The notes under the pieces were generated by a model. The model saw nothing but the letters and a program-made list of their open reading frames with translations. It had not been told where the DNA came from and made no database searches. A program made the position numbers and the translations under genes. From NCBI GenBank assembly GCA_017302895.1, contig JAFLBV010000003.1, positions 71,115 through 135,114 on the forward strand: 64,000 bases of DNA. Direction: 5' to 3'. The stretch comes from Ignavibacteria bacterium. Lineage in GTDB: Bacteria; Bacteroidota; Ignavibacteria; Ignavibacteriales; Ignavibacteriaceae. Numbering within the stretch: position 1 is the first letter of the stretch; each line of letters opens with the position of its first letter. This document shows, one piece after another, positions 9,219 through 19,157 of the stretch.

Positions 9219-12200
9219 ATGACCAAACTCACTCCAAAACAACAACAGGCTTCAGATCTTTCCAATCATATTCTGGTGACTGCAAATGCTGGTTCCGGCA
9301 AGACAAAAGTTTTATCCGGCAGATATATAGATGCTCTCCTGAACAAAAACATCAGAGTAAACGAGATAGCAGCCATCTCATTTACCGATAAAGCCGCCTC
9401 CGAACTCTATTCCAAAATCAGAGAACAGCTTGTAAAGAAATACAACGATTCAAAAGACGACAACGAGAAAACCAGATTAAACGGGTTAATCAAAGACCTG
9501 GTTAATTCAAATATTTCAACCTTCCATTCATTCTGCTCAAGTCTTCTGAAAGAGTATCCTCTGGAAGCGGGCCTTGATCCATCATTCAAACTTCTCGATG
9601 ATCAATCTTCTGACAATCTGATAAGAGAAACTACAGACGAAATAATATCCCGTTCTCTCGTCGATGAAACGCTCAGTCCAGATATCAAAAAACTGATCAG
9701 ACTTCTCAGAGGGACCTCCAGATTCAAGTCGACTATGAAAGAGATGATTGATGGAAGAAAAAGGGTACAATCGTGGCTCGACGGATTAGACGGGGATATC
9801 TCATCTGAAACAATATTAAAAAAATCAGTCGAATCCATAAATAGCTATATTGCAATTCTCTTCCCGACTCTTGATAAAATGGTTGAGGGGATAGCTTTCA
9901 TTAACGACTTCGTAGCTTCCAAAGGGGAGAATGATTATGCGAATAAAATTTATGATCTGCTCACAGAATTTCATTCATCATCGGATAATATTGTAAAATT
10001 TGACATTCTTTCGCAGATTTTGAAAAATTTCCTTACAAAAGAAGGCGAAATCAGAAAAAAGAGTTACTTATCTGATAAGTTAAAAGCACTTGTTGATCCT
10101 GAAAAATTTGCTGAGATACAGGAAAACTGCCTGTACTTAAGGAAATTTTTTGAATTTGCTTCTAAAGAAGAAGACAAAACAAGCTACGACCATCTCAAGA
10201 TTTATGCTGAGTACTCTTCTCTTTTTATCAAATTCTACAAAATTACTCTGGAACTTTTGAATAAAAAGAAAAAAGACATAAATGCCATTGATTTTGAGGA
10301 TATGTTGATACTTACCGCAGAACTTTTAAAGAAGGATTCGGTAAGAAAGGCAATACAGGGCAGGTATAAATTCATGATGATCGATGAATACCAGGATACC
10401 AACGATCTTCAATTCGATATCTTTATTCCACTACTCGGAGACCTCTCTACCGGAAATCTCTATGTCGTTGGCGATAAAAAACAGAGCATCTACGGATTCA
10501 GAGATGCAGATCTCTCGGTTTTCGATCGAACAAAAGAGAAAATAGTATCTAATTCCGGTGAATCTGTCGTACTTGAGCACACCTTTAGACTTACAAGAGA
10601 ATTGACTGCGTTCGTAAACAAAATATTCCCCCGTGTCTTCGCAGACAGAAATGAAATGCTGGACGGAACGGAAGAACAGTTTGCAAAAAAACGAAGTCTT
10701 ATCAATGCAGTTGACTATGAGCAGACTGTTTTCTTCGATCTGGACAAAGAATACAAGGAAAGTGAAATTACCCTGCTGATAAACGATTTGTCGAAGAGCA
10801 ACGACACATCAGTTGATATCGGGGATCAAAACAAATCCGGAACATCCGGCAAGAAGCAGGGACCAAACGCCAAACAGTCCCGTCAGGCTGAAGCCGAAAT
10901 GCTCGCGGCTCATTTGGTGAAACACTTTGCTCATATTACCAAATTAAACAAAACCCTTGAAGAAAAACTGACAGTTGCAATACTTGTGCGAAAGTCAACT
11001 GCTATTGAGTACCTCGAAGAAGCTCTTACTGAGGCAGGAGTGCCCTATGAATTGATGGGCGGGAAAAAGTTCTATCAGCAGAAAGCGGTTGAAGATATCT
11101 CGATGATTTTTAACTTCCTGACAGATCCAGGAAATGATTTCAATCTCTATTCTTTGTTACGAAGCCCCTTCTTCTCAATCTCAGATGAGGATATCCTCTC
11201 AGTCTCTCAATCAGATGGTAATACTGCCTTTGAAAAACTTCGATTCATAGCGGGCGAAGAGAACCAAAGGTTAAATGTTGCGTATCAGACACTAGCCTCT
11301 CTTATCGATGTCTCTCAAGGTGCAAAACCATATAAGATCATCGACCATGTTTTGTCTAATACTCCATATCTCGCGGTTGTAAATAACAGACCAAACGGCA
11401 ACCAGATTCTCGCAAATCTCAAGAAACTCCTTTCTCAGGCAGTCGAGTTCGAAAATAGTGCGTTTAATTCCATCCATGATTATAAATCGATGCTCCAAAG
11501 ACTGATGAAGGAATCTGAGAAAGAGAGTCAGGCTCCGCTGTCTGAAGATACCGATACGGTAAAGATTATGACAATCCATCAGTCGAAGGGTCTTGAGTTT
11601 AACTCTGTTTACATCTATGGATGTGCAGAATCTGCCTTGTTGGAAGGCCCTCGGGACAAGTCACCGGTATCCGTCCACAAGGACCTTGGATTGAAATTTA
11701 AAATCTCCGAGTCAGATGATATTTACTATGACAATATCACTCATATTCACGACAAACTCGCTGATCTGATTGATAAGCAGGTTGACATAGAAGAGTTGAA
11801 ACGGGTGTTTTATGTAGCTGTCACCCGGGCTGCGAATAATCTTTTTCTATCGGTTTCAATGAAGGATGATAATATCGTTGAAAACAGTTTCCTCCAAATG
11901 TTATTGAAAGGGCTGGGTATTCCTTTCCTCCCAAAAGAGGATTTTGACCTGGAAGCCGGTACGCTGACAACGGCTCGAAACGGAGAAGAAGGACAAATCG
12001 AGAGCAAAGAAGAGCAAATAACTTTGAAAATAAAGGTTTGCACCGATTTGGTCCAGGGGACAGTTAATCTCAAACCAGAACTTTCAGAGCGCCCTGCTCA
12101 TGAGTTTTCTTTGTACCCTAATAAACTGGAGAAAAAACTTTCCAACGAAATAATCACAGCAACCAAATTCCTCTCGTTTCAACAATGCCCGTTCAAGTAT

Positions 12201-12980
12201 TACCTGAATTACATCTCAGGAATCACCGGGATTCCGGGATTATCTGATTTTATTGCAGAGAACACAGACGCCGGAGAAGGGGAAGAAGACCTTTTGCAGG
12301 AGAGTGCGCTCGATGGAGCCGAAAACGGGAGTATAAATCTAGGCGAAATCAACTTTGGCGCTGCCATCGGTACTCTCGTCCATGAAGTCCTTGCGAAGAC
12401 TTATTCACCCAGGCTGGATCAGGAGCTTGTCTCGTCAGTCGTCAATCAATTCCTTAGCGACAATCCTGATTTTTCGACAGAGAAAGAAGCTCTAATGAAG
12501 AATACATCAGGTAAGTTGGATAGTTTTTTCAAAAGCGATGTTGCATCTGAAATATTTAATCACACGAATTTCGATAATGAACGCGAAATTTTTGTTCAAG
12601 TGGACGATTTTTATTTGGTGGGTGTTATCGATAAGTTGATTATTTTAGATGACAAAATTGTAATAATTGATTACAAGACTGATAAAAATCCCGATGCCTC
12701 TCTTGCAAGATATGTCGATCAGTTAAAATACTATGCCTTTTTATGCTCAAGGATATTCCCGGAAGTGAAGGTTTTTGAACTTCGTCTGATTTTCCTCAAC
12801 AATCCCGGACATTTCGAGCCGTTGACGGTGAACAGAAATGATATTGACATAACCGGGAAAAGGATTAGGGAATTTGTCGGGACTCTCAGGACGGCAATTA
12901 ACTCAAACGGATTTCAAAAAAATACGAATCATTGTCCTGACTGCAGGTTCAGTTTTAATTCAGAAAAATGCTTTGTCTGA
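9219..12980 (+). CDS. UvrD/AddA-like SF1 helicase fused to a C-terminal PD-(D/E)XK nuclease
   Basis: 1253 aa. Helicase motifs are Walker A ANAGSGKTKVL, motif II MMIDEYQDTN, motif III VGDKKQSIYGFRDAD, TIHQSKGLEF and FYVAVTRA. The nuclease motifs are GVIDKL...IIDYKTDK and QLKYYAF. Cysteines occur at QQCPFKYY and HCPDCRFSFNSEKC. Confidence 0.85.
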   Translation: MTKLTPKQQQASDLSNHILVTANAGSGKTKVLSGRYIDALLNKNIRVNEIAAISFTDKAASELYSKIREQLVKKYNDSKDDNEKTRLNGLIKDLVNSNISTFHSFCSSLLKEYPLEAGLDPSFKLLDDQSSDNLIRETTDEIISRSLVDETLSPDIKKLIRLLRGTSRFKSTMKEMIDGRKRVQSWLDGLDGDISSETILKKSVESINSYIAILFPTLDKMVEGIAFINDFVASKGENDYANKIYDLLTEFHSSSDNIVKFDILSQILKNFLTKEGEIRKKSYLSDKLKALVDPEKFAEIQENCLYLRKFFEFASKEEDKTSYDHLKIYAEYSSLFIKFYKITLELLNKKKKDINAIDFEDMLILTAELLKKDSVRKAIQGRYKFMMIDEYQDTNDLQFDIFIPLLGDLSTGNLYVVGDKKQSIYGFRDADLSVFDRTKEKIVSNSGESVVLEHTFRLTRELTAFVNKIFPRVFADRNEMLDGTEEQFAKKRSLINAVDYEQTVFFDLDKEYKESEITLLINDLSKSNDTSVDIGDQNKSGTSGKKQGPNAKQSRQAEAEMLAAHLVKHFAHITKLNKTLEEKLTVAILVRKSTAIEYLEEALTEAGVPYELMGGKKFYQQKAVEDISMIFNFLTDPGNDFNLYSLLRSPFFSISDEDILSVSQSDGNTAFEKLRFIAGEENQRLNVAYQTLASLIDVSQGAKPYKIIDHVLSNTPYLAVVNNRPNGNQILANLKKLLSQAVEFENSAFNSIHDYKSMLQRLMKESEKESQAPLSEDTDTVKIMTIHQSKGLEFNSVYIYGCAESALLEGPRDKSPVSVHKDLGLKFKISESDDIYYDNITHIHDKLADLIDKQVDIEELKRVFYVAVTRAANNLFLSVSMKDDNIVENSFLQMLLKGLGIPFLPKEDFDLEAGTLTTARNGEEGQIESKEEQITLKIKVCTDLVQGTVNLKPELSERPAHEFSLYPNKLEKKLSNEIITATKFLSFQQCPFKYYLNYISGITGIPGLSDFIAENTDAGEGEEDLLQESALDGAENGSINLGEINFGAAIGTLVHEVLAKTYSPRLDQELVSSVVNQFLSDNPDFSTEKEALMKNTSGKLDSFFKSDVASEIFNHTNFDNEREIFVQVDDFYLVGVIDKLIILDDKIVIIDYKTDKNPDASLARYVDQLKYYAFLCSRIFPEVKVFELRLIFLNNPGHFEPLTVNRNDIDITGKRIREFVGTLRTAINSNGFQKNTNHCPDCRFSFNSEKCFV

Positions 12981-13007
12981 TATTTACTTATTTTACCGGT
13001 TAAACAA

Positions 13008-14078
13008 ATGAATTTAAATACCGTATCAAAGTCAATTGTCATAATTATTTTTGGTTCACTCTTCCTGTCTTACACAGGCTGCACTACGGTTAATCAGGTT
13101 TCACAAACATCCTGTTCTCTTTTTGAAATGCCTCCCGATCTTACAGATGCGGCCATAAATGACTCTGTGATCAAATTCTACTCTTCGGCGTTGAAAGGAA
13201 AAGTTTTCTTTCTCGATCCCGGACACGGTGGCAGCGACAGGAAAAACAAAAGTCCAAATGGTCTTGTTACAGAGGCTGATATTAATTTGAAGGTGGCGCT
13301 CTATTTAAGGGATTTCCTCACCCGGGCAGGAGCAAAGGTCTTGATGTCACGAGACACTGACAAGACCGTTGAACTGAAAGAGCGGAGCAGACTCGCAAAT
13401 GAATCAGAGGCCGGATTTTTCATTTCAATTCATCATAATGCTCCCGGTAAACCAACCGATTCACATATTAACTACTCTTCCACTTACTATCATGCTACAG
13501 AAGATGATTTTGAACATCATCCTTCAAACAGAGATTTGGCAAAATATATTAATCGAGATCTGGCTTTCAATACCGGTCGCCCGCCGGGTCTGGCATCTTT
13601 TGATGGTACAGTTTCAGATTATCTTATTTACCCCGGGGACGGATTTTCTGTATTAAGAAATACAAATATCCCCGCTGTACTCGTTGAATGCTCCTTTTTC
13701 ACCAACCTGAATGAAGAAATTCGACTTTCAGATTCCCTCTATAACAAACTTGAAGCATGGGGAATCTTCAAAGGCACGGGGAAATATTTCAGAGCTGCGG
13801 TTCCACAACTTTCATTGAAAACCAGGCAAATTGTGAAGAGCAAACTCGAACTAAAGGTGGACATCAATTCGAAACAGGAAATCCGGTCTCATCAAATTAA
13901 AGTGTTTAAAGACAAGGAATTACTCCCCGAAAAGTTTTATACTGTTTCCAATAATCTTCTGACCATCGATTTGGGTGATTCCTGGAAAAAAGAGACTGTT
14001 GTAAAGGTGGTTGTTACCAATAAATCCGGTTTGAGCAATTTACCTTTTGTTATCACACTCACACCTGAAGTAAACTAA
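13008..14078 (+). CDS. N-acetylmuramoyl-L-alanine amidase (Amidase_3 family)
   Basis: N-terminal signal/lipobox-like LSYTGC. Motifs are FFLDPGHGGSD, EADINLKVAL and FISIHHNA. Confidence 0.85.
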   Translation: MNLNTVSKSIVIIIFGSLFLSYTGCTTVNQVSQTSCSLFEMPPDLTDAAINDSVIKFYSSALKGKVFFLDPGHGGSDRKNKSPNGLVTEADINLKVALYLRDFLTRAGAKVLMSRDTDKTVELKERSRLANESEAGFFISIHHNAPGKPTDSHINYSSTYYHATEDDFEHHPSNRDLAKYINRDLAFNTGRPPGLASFDGTVSDYLIYPGDGFSVLRNTNIPAVLVECSFFTNLNEEIRLSDSLYNKLEAWGIFKGTGKYFRAAVPQLSLKTRQIVKSKLELKVDINSKQEIRSHQIKVFKDKELLPEKFYTVSNNLLTIDLGDSWKKETVVKVVVTNKSGLSNLPFVITLTPEVN

Positions 14079-14092
14079 CAAGGAGAATGTAG

Positions 14093-15700
14093 ATGCTCAA
14101 TTATATCTGGGCTGTACTGATATTTCTCGGTTTCATTTCTGCGGTATTCTATGATTTGAGCGACTCCGCCACTTCAAAGTATCGAAATGGCACTGAAATT
14201 ACCACCTTCTCGAAGATTGTCACTTCTTCTGAGGGTGTAAAAACCGTCGAAGTGATGCTCGATTCAACTTTGCTTTCCAAACACTTTGGTGTACCCGTCA
14301 GCGGAGTGATAAAAAGTGAAATCCCTCTCGAAAAACTGAAGGCAGCGCAGGAAGCAAGCATTACATTCAGGATTCCCGAGGATGCCGGTTCAATCATCAA
14401 GGAGATTGCAAAAGCCTCGGGAAAAGAGAATGACATAACTGCAACGATTTCACTCAAAACTGAGGAAAAAACGAGTGTAAAAAGTTCACTTGTATTGGAA
14501 TCAGTCTCCTTGAAAAAGATAAAAGAGGTCACTAATTCAGCGATAAGTTACGCCGGAACAGCAGTAGAGATTGCTCTTGGTCTCGTTGGAATAATGGCAA
14601 TGTGGCTCGGGATAATGAAGATTGCTGAAGCTGCCGGAATCATCAATTACATAGCTATCGCGATGAAACCGGTAACTAAAAGGCTTTTTCCGGATGTCCC
14701 TCATGATCATCCTGCAATTGGATCTATCATTATGAATATTTCGGCAAATTTCCTGGGTCTCTCAAATGCAGCCACTCCCTTCGGTTTAAAAGCAATGGAG
14801 GAGCTGGATAAATTAAATCCGGAAAAAGGAACTGCGACTAACGCAATGTGTACTTTTCTGGCAATTAATACCGCAGGAATGACTCTAATACCTGCCACTG
14901 CAATTGCTGTCAGAGCAGCCGCCGGTTCTACTCAACCTGCAGTAATCATCGGAACCTCATTGTTTGCATCTGCCTGTGCCACCACAGCGGGACTGATAGC
15001 GGTAAAGACTCTCGAAAAGTTCTCTGCTGACAGGAAAGAAGGTGTCGTGTTTCTTAAAAAAGTTGCAAAAAAGGCAATTTTTATCCTTCCTGTTATTGCG
15101 TTGATTATCTATCTATTTACTTCTGATATAATTTCATTGCCTTCAACCGGCTTCGATACGGCAATTCTGAAAGGGATTATCGATACATTTTCAGCATTGG
15201 CGATCCCGTTGATCATTTTTACATTCGTTCTCATCGGTATCCTGAAAAAAGTGAAGGTTTATGAGACCTTTATTGAGGGGGCTAAAGAGGGATTTGGAGT
15301 CGCTCTTAAAATTATCCCCTATCTTGTAGCCATGCTCGTTGCTATTGGAATTTTTAGAGCGAGTGGTGGAATGGATCTTCTGGTTTGGGTGCTTACACCC
15401 GTTACCAGTCTTGTTGGAATGCCGGCAGAAGCATTACCGATGGCACTGATGAGACCCCTTTCGGGAAGCGGTTCCATCGCAATAATGACCGAAATAATCA
15501 AGACTCACGGTCCTGATTCCATTCTTGGCCTGATGGTTTCCACCTTCTTCGGAAGTACGGAAACAACTTTTTATGTGCTGGCAGTCTATTTCGGTTCGGT
15601 AAGTGTAAAAAGAACCCGGCATGCACTCCCTGCAGGACTAATTGCAGATGTTACCGGCCTTCTGATGGCGGTATTTATTGTAAGACTATTATTCGGTTGA
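14093..15700 (+). CDS. Nucleoside-recognition (Gate) domain membrane protein, SpmA/SpmB-like fusion
   Basis: 535 aa polytopic protein. MLNYIWAVLIFLGF and VEIALGLVGIMAMWLGIMKIAEAAG resemble SpmA, and the C-terminal half resembles SpmB. Confidence 0.7.
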   Translation: MLNYIWAVLIFLGFISAVFYDLSDSATSKYRNGTEITTFSKIVTSSEGVKTVEVMLDSTLLSKHFGVPVSGVIKSEIPLEKLKAAQEASITFRIPEDAGSIIKEIAKASGKENDITATISLKTEEKTSVKSSLVLESVSLKKIKEVTNSAISYAGTAVEIALGLVGIMAMWLGIMKIAEAAGIINYIAIAMKPVTKRLFPDVPHDHPAIGSIIMNISANFLGLSNAATPFGLKAMEELDKLNPEKGTATNAMCTFLAINTAGMTLIPATAIAVRAAAGSTQPAVIIGTSLFASACATTAGLIAVKTLEKFSADRKEGVVFLKKVAKKAIFILPVIALIIYLFTSDIISLPSTGFDTAILKGIIDTFSALAIPLIIFTFVLIGILKKVKVYETFIEGAKEGFGVALKIIPYLVAMLVAIGIFRASGGMDLLVWVLTPVTSLVGMPAEALPMALMRPLSGSGSIAIMTEIIKTHGPDSILGLMVSTFFGSTETTFYVLAVYFGSVSVKRTRHALPAGLIADVTGLLMAVFIVRLLFG

Positions 15701-15717
15701 TAAAGAAATAAAAAAAA

Positions 15718-15746
15718 AGAGGCTGCCCCGGATGAGGCAGCCTCTT
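15718..15746 (-). terminator. Intrinsic terminator of the OmpA-family gene (hairpin shared with the convergent spmAB-like gene)
   Basis: AGAGGCTGCC (15718-15727) pairs with GGCAGCCTCT (15736-15745). On the minus strand the hairpin is followed by a U8 tract (A run at 15711-15718). Confidence 0.8.
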
Positions 15747-15768
15747 CATAATTTAAAGAGTAATATTA

Positions 15769-16896
15769 TTACTTGATTATTCTGAATTCCACTCTTCTGT
15801 TAAGGGCTCTTCCTTCTTTGGTAGAGTTGTCAGCAACAGGGTTGGTGTCAGCAACACCTTTGATAGTCATTCTTGAAGCTTCCACACCTTTTGAAACAAG
15901 GTAATCTTTCACATTTTGAGCACGCTTTACTGAAAGCGGGTTGTTACCTTTAAGGTCACCCTTGCTGTCTGTGTTTCCGATTATCTCAACGTTGACTTTC
16001 TTGTTTGCAATCAACTGAGCTGCGTTCTGTGCAAGAATAGCATAGTATTCTGATTTTATTTCCGCAGAACCTGAATCAAAGTTTATACCGACTAACACGA
16101 TTTCATGATCAATAGCATCAGGTTTAGTGCTCTCAGGCTTGTTTTTCTTGATCATGTCCTCAATCTTCTTGTAGTCGATCTCAGGTGCAGGAGGAGGAGT
16201 CACTTTTGCATCATTAATCATTTTTTCGATTTTTTTGTAGTCGATCTCATTGGAAACGCCTTTTGGTAAATCGCAGATTTTCGTTTCTTTACCTCTCGAG
16301 AAATAATACATGATACCAAGATCGAGTGTAGTGTAACTGTCCAAAGTTCCACCGAAAAGTCCACCATTTGGTCCCATCAATCCGTCAAATTTATCGGTCG
16401 ACAATGTATGATGACCAAGCTCAAGAAATGTAGAAAAATCCTTTGAAACAGGAAGATTTACACCTAAATTAACTGTCAGAGAAATCTCATTCAAGCTGGT
16501 TTTATCTGAAACGAATCTCACAGGATTAGTAACTTTGTAGGCTGTGACAGCAAATCCTGCACCACCGTAGACTTTTATGAAGTCGGTGCAAGGGTTGAAG
16601 GTCATCAGATAATTAATCCCAAAAGTAACGGCATCGGTAGAGGGACCGTTCACAACACCCAACGGAGCACCTTTGGAAGTGAACTTGAGATAACTCAATT
16701 TTACTCTGAATGCATTATATGCATCGAACTCACGCGTTAAGGAGAGTCCTGCCCCAAGGTCAAGATCTTCACCATATGTGTCTCCAAACATTCTTGGTGA
16801 AGTTGCAGACAGACCAACTGCCCATCCGTTTTCATATGTCTGTGCGTATCCAAGTGATGCAAACATCAAGAGGATAACAACTAAAAATTTTCTCAC
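15769..16896 (-). CDS. OmpA-family outer membrane protein
   Basis: Signal peptide MRKFLVVILLMFASLGYAQ, then a beta-barrel-like N-terminal half. The C-terminal OmpA domain reads GNTDSKGD...LSVKRAQNVKDYL...NRRVEFRI. Confidence 0.85.
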   Translation of the reverse strand: MRKFLVVILLMFASLGYAQTYENGWAVGLSATSPRMFGDTYGEDLDLGAGLSLTREFDAYNAFRVKLSYLKFTSKGAPLGVVNGPSTDAVTFGINYLMTFNPCTDFIKVYGGAGFAVTAYKVTNPVRFVSDKTSLNEISLTVNLGVNLPVSKDFSTFLELGHHTLSTDKFDGLMGPNGGLFGGTLDSYTTLDLGIMYYFSRGKETKICDLPKGVSNEIDYKKIEKMINDAKVTPPPAPEIDYKKIEDMIKKNKPESTKPDAIDHEIVLVGINFDSGSAEIKSEYYAILAQNAAQLIANKKVNVEIIGNTDSKGDLKGNNPLSVKRAQNVKDYLVSKGVEASRMTIKGVADTNPVADNSTKEGRALNRRVEFRIIK

Positions 16897-17060
16897 AACA
16901 ACTCCTTGTCATTATCTTTAATAAAAAACTCTCGTGCCTGAAGCGTGATAAACCAGACAAACTGCACGGGAAGTTTCAGCCACAAAAAATATTCAAGAAC
17001 AAATATAACCGTAAAAACTTAGAAAAACTAATAATACTTACAAACTGATATTTCTGAAAA

Positions 17061-18830
17061 TCAGTTCAAAACCTTGAATTCGACTCTTCTGTTCATCGCT
17101 CTTCCCTCTGCAGTACCATTATCAGCAACAGGGACGGTGGAGCCATAACCTCTCGCTGTTAGTCTGGAAGCTTCCACACCTTTTTCGATCAGATAAGATC
17201 TCACAGATTCAGCTCTGTTTTGCGAAAGTGATAAATTACTGTTATCGTCACCCACAGCGTCGGTGTGACCTCCAATTTCTATTAGAAGACCCGGATTTGC
17301 GAGCAGTATCTGTGCAGCATGGTTGAGAATCGGATATGATTCGGGACGAAGTTTAGCCGAACTGAAGTCGAAATTCACACCGTACAATACCCAGCTCTGT
17401 GTCTGATCCTTGCCGGAGTACTGCTTGATAATATCTTCTATCTTATTGTAGTCAATTGGATCGGTCTGATATTTCTTTACAATTTCCTCGATTTTGGCAT
17501 AATCCACCGGCTCATATTTGGTATCATTTTTGCCGGGGTCATCCTTCTTGGGGTCTTTGTCCTTATCTTTTTGCTCAATAATTCCGCCATAAAGCAATGG
17601 TGCATCTGCCTTGTCACCCCTGTCGAGATACATGTTTAAACCTAATGAGAATGTCATGTAACTGTCGTAAGGACCACCAAGGAAACCGCCCACTGGTGAA
17701 CTCATGTTAATTAGTCCATCCAATCGGTCATGAGATACTGTCATGTAACCAACCTCGGTGGTAATTGAATACCCCTCGGAGAAAAGTTTCCAGTCTGCAC
17801 CCAAAATAAGGTTAAATCCATAGTCAAACTGCCAGGCACCGTCTTTAATTGAAGTGCTTGCGGGTTTGTTTACAGAGTACATGTAAGCACTCCCACCCAT
17901 TCCAATGTAGGGAGAAACAGGCTCGTTAGGGATAAATTTATATAGAATATCCACCTGGCCGTTCACCATGTCTGTGCTTTGTCCCTTGTTGGAACCGGGC
18001 ATATGAATATATGAGGGTTTCAATCGCATTGTTACATATTCGTTAAATTTCTTTGATATCTCGACATATCCACCGTATCCAAATTCCTGACCGAGCTCAT
18101 CAGTACCTGCAAATCTGGGATACATAAAACCAACTCCAAAAAGCCAGCTGTTCTTGTAAACAGGATATCTCTCAATCATTGGAGGGGTTTTCTCTTTTGG
18201 GTCAGCACCGGCAAAATATTTGCTTTTAGGACCAAAACCAAAGTTGTACAACACCCCAAGACCGAAATTCATGTAAGAGTCTCTTCGGCCACCCAGCATA
18301 CCGCCAATTAGTCCATTCGTACCGTCAAGTCTGTCGTTTGTGACTGAATGATAAGAAATCTCTGCATTCAAATCCCAGTTTTTGGCGATCAAATCTTTGA
18401 AAACAAGTCCAAATCCCAAATCTGTAGTATAATCGAGCACACTTTCATCCTTGCCGTCGGTGGCATTTTTTATTTGCTGCAGGAAACCGGAAAATCCGAG
18501 GGTTAAATACGGAGTAACTGCGTATCCCGGGATGAAGTAATAGTTGAGTGCAAATCCGGTACCGATAAGGTCAGATGTACTTTTCTTTGTTGACTGGGAT
18601 TCAAGATGTGTGTAAAATGGCTTAAGTCTTAACCCGGCATGCTCGGAAAGATCAAGCTGAATGCTCAGCCCTCCGCCATAGTTAAACTCTTTACCGCCTG
18701 CATCAGTACCTATCAGTCTGGGGTACATGGCACCGAATCCAAATCGCCATTGGTCAGTATAGACCTGTCCGTATGACTCAAGGGTTAGCGAGACAAGAAT
18801 AATCGAAGTAAGTAGCAGTAGTTTCTTCAT
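17061..18830 (-). CDS. OmpA-family outer membrane protein with duplicated N-terminal barrel module
   Basis: Start taken at MKKLLLLTSIILVSL (ATG 18830); the ORF-track start at 18893 adds 21 non-signal residues. The C-terminal OmpA domain reads GHTDAVGDDNSNLSLSQNRAESV...NRRVEFKV. Confidence 0.85.
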   Translation of the reverse strand: MKKLLLLTSIILVSLTLESYGQVYTDQWRFGFGAMYPRLIGTDAGGKEFNYGGGLSIQLDLSEHAGLRLKPFYTHLESQSTKKSTSDLIGTGFALNYYFIPGYAVTPYLTLGFSGFLQQIKNATDGKDESVLDYTTDLGFGLVFKDLIAKNWDLNAEISYHSVTNDRLDGTNGLIGGMLGGRRDSYMNFGLGVLYNFGFGPKSKYFAGADPKEKTPPMIERYPVYKNSWLFGVGFMYPRFAGTDELGQEFGYGGYVEISKKFNEYVTMRLKPSYIHMPGSNKGQSTDMVNGQVDILYKFIPNEPVSPYIGMGGSAYMYSVNKPASTSIKDGAWQFDYGFNLILGADWKLFSEGYSITTEVGYMTVSHDRLDGLINMSSPVGGFLGGPYDSYMTFSLGLNMYLDRGDKADAPLLYGGIIEQKDKDKDPKKDDPGKNDTKYEPVDYAKIEEIVKKYQTDPIDYNKIEDIIKQYSGKDQTQSWVLYGVNFDFSSAKLRPESYPILNHAAQILLANPGLLIEIGGHTDAVGDDNSNLSLSQNRAESVRSYLIEKGVEASRLTARGYGSTVPVADNGTAEGRAMNRRVEFKVLN

Positions 18831-19059
18831 ACCGGATGCTTTCCTATTTTTAGCAATTATACATTGCAATCTAACAAAAAATAAACCTTGCACAAACTTA
18901 TTTCATCGTCCAGTCAATTTTTTTTTAATTCTTAAGTCCAATTATTTTATACAATTACTAAATTTACTTAAAAAATTGCATCATATCGGATGTCTGACTC
19001 CGCATAACTTCGTTGTTTTTTTATTTCTCGATTTTTCAATATATTTGCGTTCTGTTTTT

Positions 19060-19137
19060 CGGGGTGTAGCGCAGCCCGGTTAGCGCGCGTCGTTCGGGAC
19101 GACGAGGTCGAGAGTTCAAATCCCTCCACCCCGACCA
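19060..19137 (+). tRNA. tRNA-Pro (anticodon CGG)
   Basis: Hand-folded cloverleaf. Acceptor CGGGGTG/CACCCCG (C1-G72), D stem GCGC/GCGC, anticodon stem CGTCG/CGACG. The anticodon loop is TTCGGGA (U33, CGG, G37). T arm GAGAG-TTCAAAT-CCCTC has one A-C mismatch. Discriminator A and CCA are encoded. C1-G72, A73 and G37 are typical of bacterial tRNA-Pro. Confidence 0.85.
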
Positions 19138-19157
19138 AATAAATAATAGACGGAATT

